A stretch of DNA of 63,149 nucleotides, counting the filler, from Olpidium bornovanus S191 (Eukaryota > Fungi > Olpidiomycota): assembly GCA_017911155.1 (NCBI GenBank). It is 31 parts of 31 records of this genome, joined end to end, with 100 filler letters (N's around TTAATTAATTAA, not from the genome) between each part and the next. Parts side by side here need not be neighbours in the genome. Positions count along the whole stretch, not along the records: positions 61,269 to 63,149 come from JAEFCI010012661.1; 30 more parts are not named here. One strand, given 5' to 3'. Position numbers and translations under genes: made by a program. Positions 61,269-63,149 of the stretch are shown here, one piece after another. How positions within the stretch are numbered: the stretch's first letter is position 1; each line of letters starts with the position of its first letter. The notes under the pieces were generated by a model, which was given only the letters and a program-made list of their open reading frames with translations, did no database searches and was not told where the DNA came from.

Positions 61269-62949
61269 CATGCTGTAGTCGGGACGCGACAACGCCGGAT
61301 TGCCCGGTCGAAAAACCTCTAAAACGTCGGCAGTCGGCCGTCTGCCTGCAAAATGGCCGTTCCATCGTGAGGCTCGGGCGAGGATATCCTGCGGCGGCAT
61401 CTGCCTGACGACTTGTAGAGCTTTGAACACCCGCCCCGTTGGCACTGGAACGGAAAGGAAAATTTGGTTTTTTAAGGGCGCAGTTGACAAATTGGATTGT
61501 CTGCGTTTAACTGGATCTGGTGGCTCGACGTACGCCGTGCGTTGATCAGCAACGATCTCCACGGGAAAAGGAGCCCTTGCCGCACGCGGACCTTTAGATA
61601 CGCGGCGAAGGCCCGGAGTCGCTCAATAATTCGGCTGAAGAACCACGGGGAAGCCGCGGCCGCAGCTGCCGTCGCTTTTGTTTAGCCGCGGCGGGTTCTG
61701 CACGTTACGCGGGGAGGGCGTTCGAGCCCAACCGGGAACGGGCGGACTTATTACCTAGCGGCGGCGGATCTGGGCAGCGGAATCGTCGAACCCGGTAACC
61801 AAACCTTTTCAAATGAGCGAACACCTTTCGCCCGGGCATCCGAAACGGACGGTTACCACCTGACAGTCAAAACCCGCGGACGCCAAAAAAAGCACCCCGA
61901 AAGCGAAGGTCTTGTCCGCAAAACACGGCGAAATCTCCACGAAAACGTTGGTCTGCTGACGTCTCCCCCCCGTCCCGTCCTGACGGGGAAACGGATCCCC
62001 GCTTTTCCGGATCTTTTCGGCGCCGAAGAAAAAAAAACGAAAAAAAAAAGAAGATCACCTGATACATAACAAGGTCGCCCTGGCCTTCAGCGAGGAGACG
62101 CGCGTATCCCTCTTGCACGCTGTAGTCCGGGCCGGCAGGGGCCGGAAGCTCGTCGGCTTCTCGCACAACCAGCGACCCGCGCTCGAGCAAAAACAGCGCT
62201 TCCTCAGGCCGGAGCAGCAGCTTGGACCGGCGGCGAAACCCCATGGTCTGCAGAAGGGGGCCCCGGCTGACGGTGACTCGGACGCATTTTTCGGCCGGCT
62301 CGTGGACGCCCTCTGCGACGGCTCGCCTAACGGGGGCGGGAGGGGGGTGCGGAAAACAAAAGCCGATGGGCAAAGGAAGGCCCCCAAAGAGAGCACTCCG
62401 CGAGACCGTCCCCCCTCACCCTCTTTCTCCTCCCACGATCGCGGGAAGAACAAAAAGAGAAAAACTCACGGGTACGACGACTTCTCCTGCAGCACGCGAT
62501 AGCAGGCGTCCAGCGCCTCGTCGAGTTTCGCCCCTGCGACGACGCCCGCGTCCGGCTGCGCGTCGTCGGTCGCGTCCTTCGGGCCGCGGCGCGGGACGGA
62601 CCTCGTGGCCTTGCTGGACATAAACGTACCACACACCACCGCCGCCGCCGCCGCCACGGTGCGGGGGGGAAGTCAGCGCGGTTCGGGCCAGCCCCGGAAA
62701 GGAAGAGGAGGGCGCATCTCACTGACAGCAGCGCAGAGGAGAAACAAAAAAAGTTAAGTCCGCGGACGTCACATACTGTTCCTTCGGTTCACCTCCACCC
62801 CGCCCCGCGACGAGACCGGCGTAGTTGGGACGCTCGTCGCCTTCTTCCTCGTCCTCGTCCTCGCTGCTGCCGGCGCCGTCGCCGTCGCTCTTCCGCGGCG
62901 GCAACCGCGGGACATTTGTGCCGAAACGGGACGCCGCAGGAGCCTGCAT
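61269..62949 (-). CDS. SEN54: tRNA-splicing endonuclease subunit Sen54, partial, spliced
   Basis: VPRRGPKD...LDEALDACYRVL...|VRVTVSRGPLLQTMG...LLLRPEEALFLLERGSL...SVQEGYA...YQ|VFAHLKRFGYRV...VFKALQVV...EVFRPG...PDY. Confidence 0.88.
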
Positions 62950-63096
62950 GTTTTTTTTTTTGGCCTGTGTCGGCGTGGGGGGAGCCCTCGGCGGGTTGCG
63001 GCGGGGTTTGGGCGCGGCGGAGCTTGGAAAACGCGCGCTCGCGCCACCCGCGCCACCCGCTCCACCCGCCGCCCCTTCCGCTTTTCCCCGGGCCCG

Positions 63097-63149
<53 letters not shown>

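Noticed and set aside
61715-61740. GTTCGAGCCC, like a tRNA T-loop
   Set aside because: No pairing T-stem, acceptor stem or D arm; it lies in a SEN54 intron.

Overview
This window is not one contiguous locus. It is 31 short contigs (about 1.1-3.3 kb) joined by 30 identical 100-bp artificial spacers (44 N + TTAATTAATTAA + 44 N), so adjacency across spacers is meaningless and most genes are partial. The DNA is GC-rich, intron-rich and eukaryotic (GT-AG introns, CTRAC branch points). Fungal-type genes (Mdv1/Caf4, Ldb17/Dip1, Hrk1/Sat4 kinase, Opi10/Hikeshi, Urc4, Slt2-like MAPK) occur together with an axonemal DNAH5/8-type dynein heavy chain and a MAK/ICK kinase. That mix points to a zoosporic (flagellated) fungus; an Olpidium-like organism is my inference only. 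Other recognisable genes: TSC2, cactin, BMS1, UTP14, PRP5/DDX46, SEN54, 14-3-3, a cytochrome b5 reductase-family flavoprotein, a fasciclin protein, OHCU decarboxylase and an IFI6/IFI27-like protein. Five retroelement fragments are present. The best candidate for something new is contig 36440-37508: one uninterrupted ORF in which a Ty3/gypsy-type RNase H is fused in frame to an intact DIRS-like N6-adenine DNA methyltransferase (DLFA...NPPF). A second, decayed copy of that methyltransferase lies at about 59420-60092. Also notable: 21 of 61 contig ends fall exactly on CATG. All family assignments come from motif recognition by eye; no database search was run.
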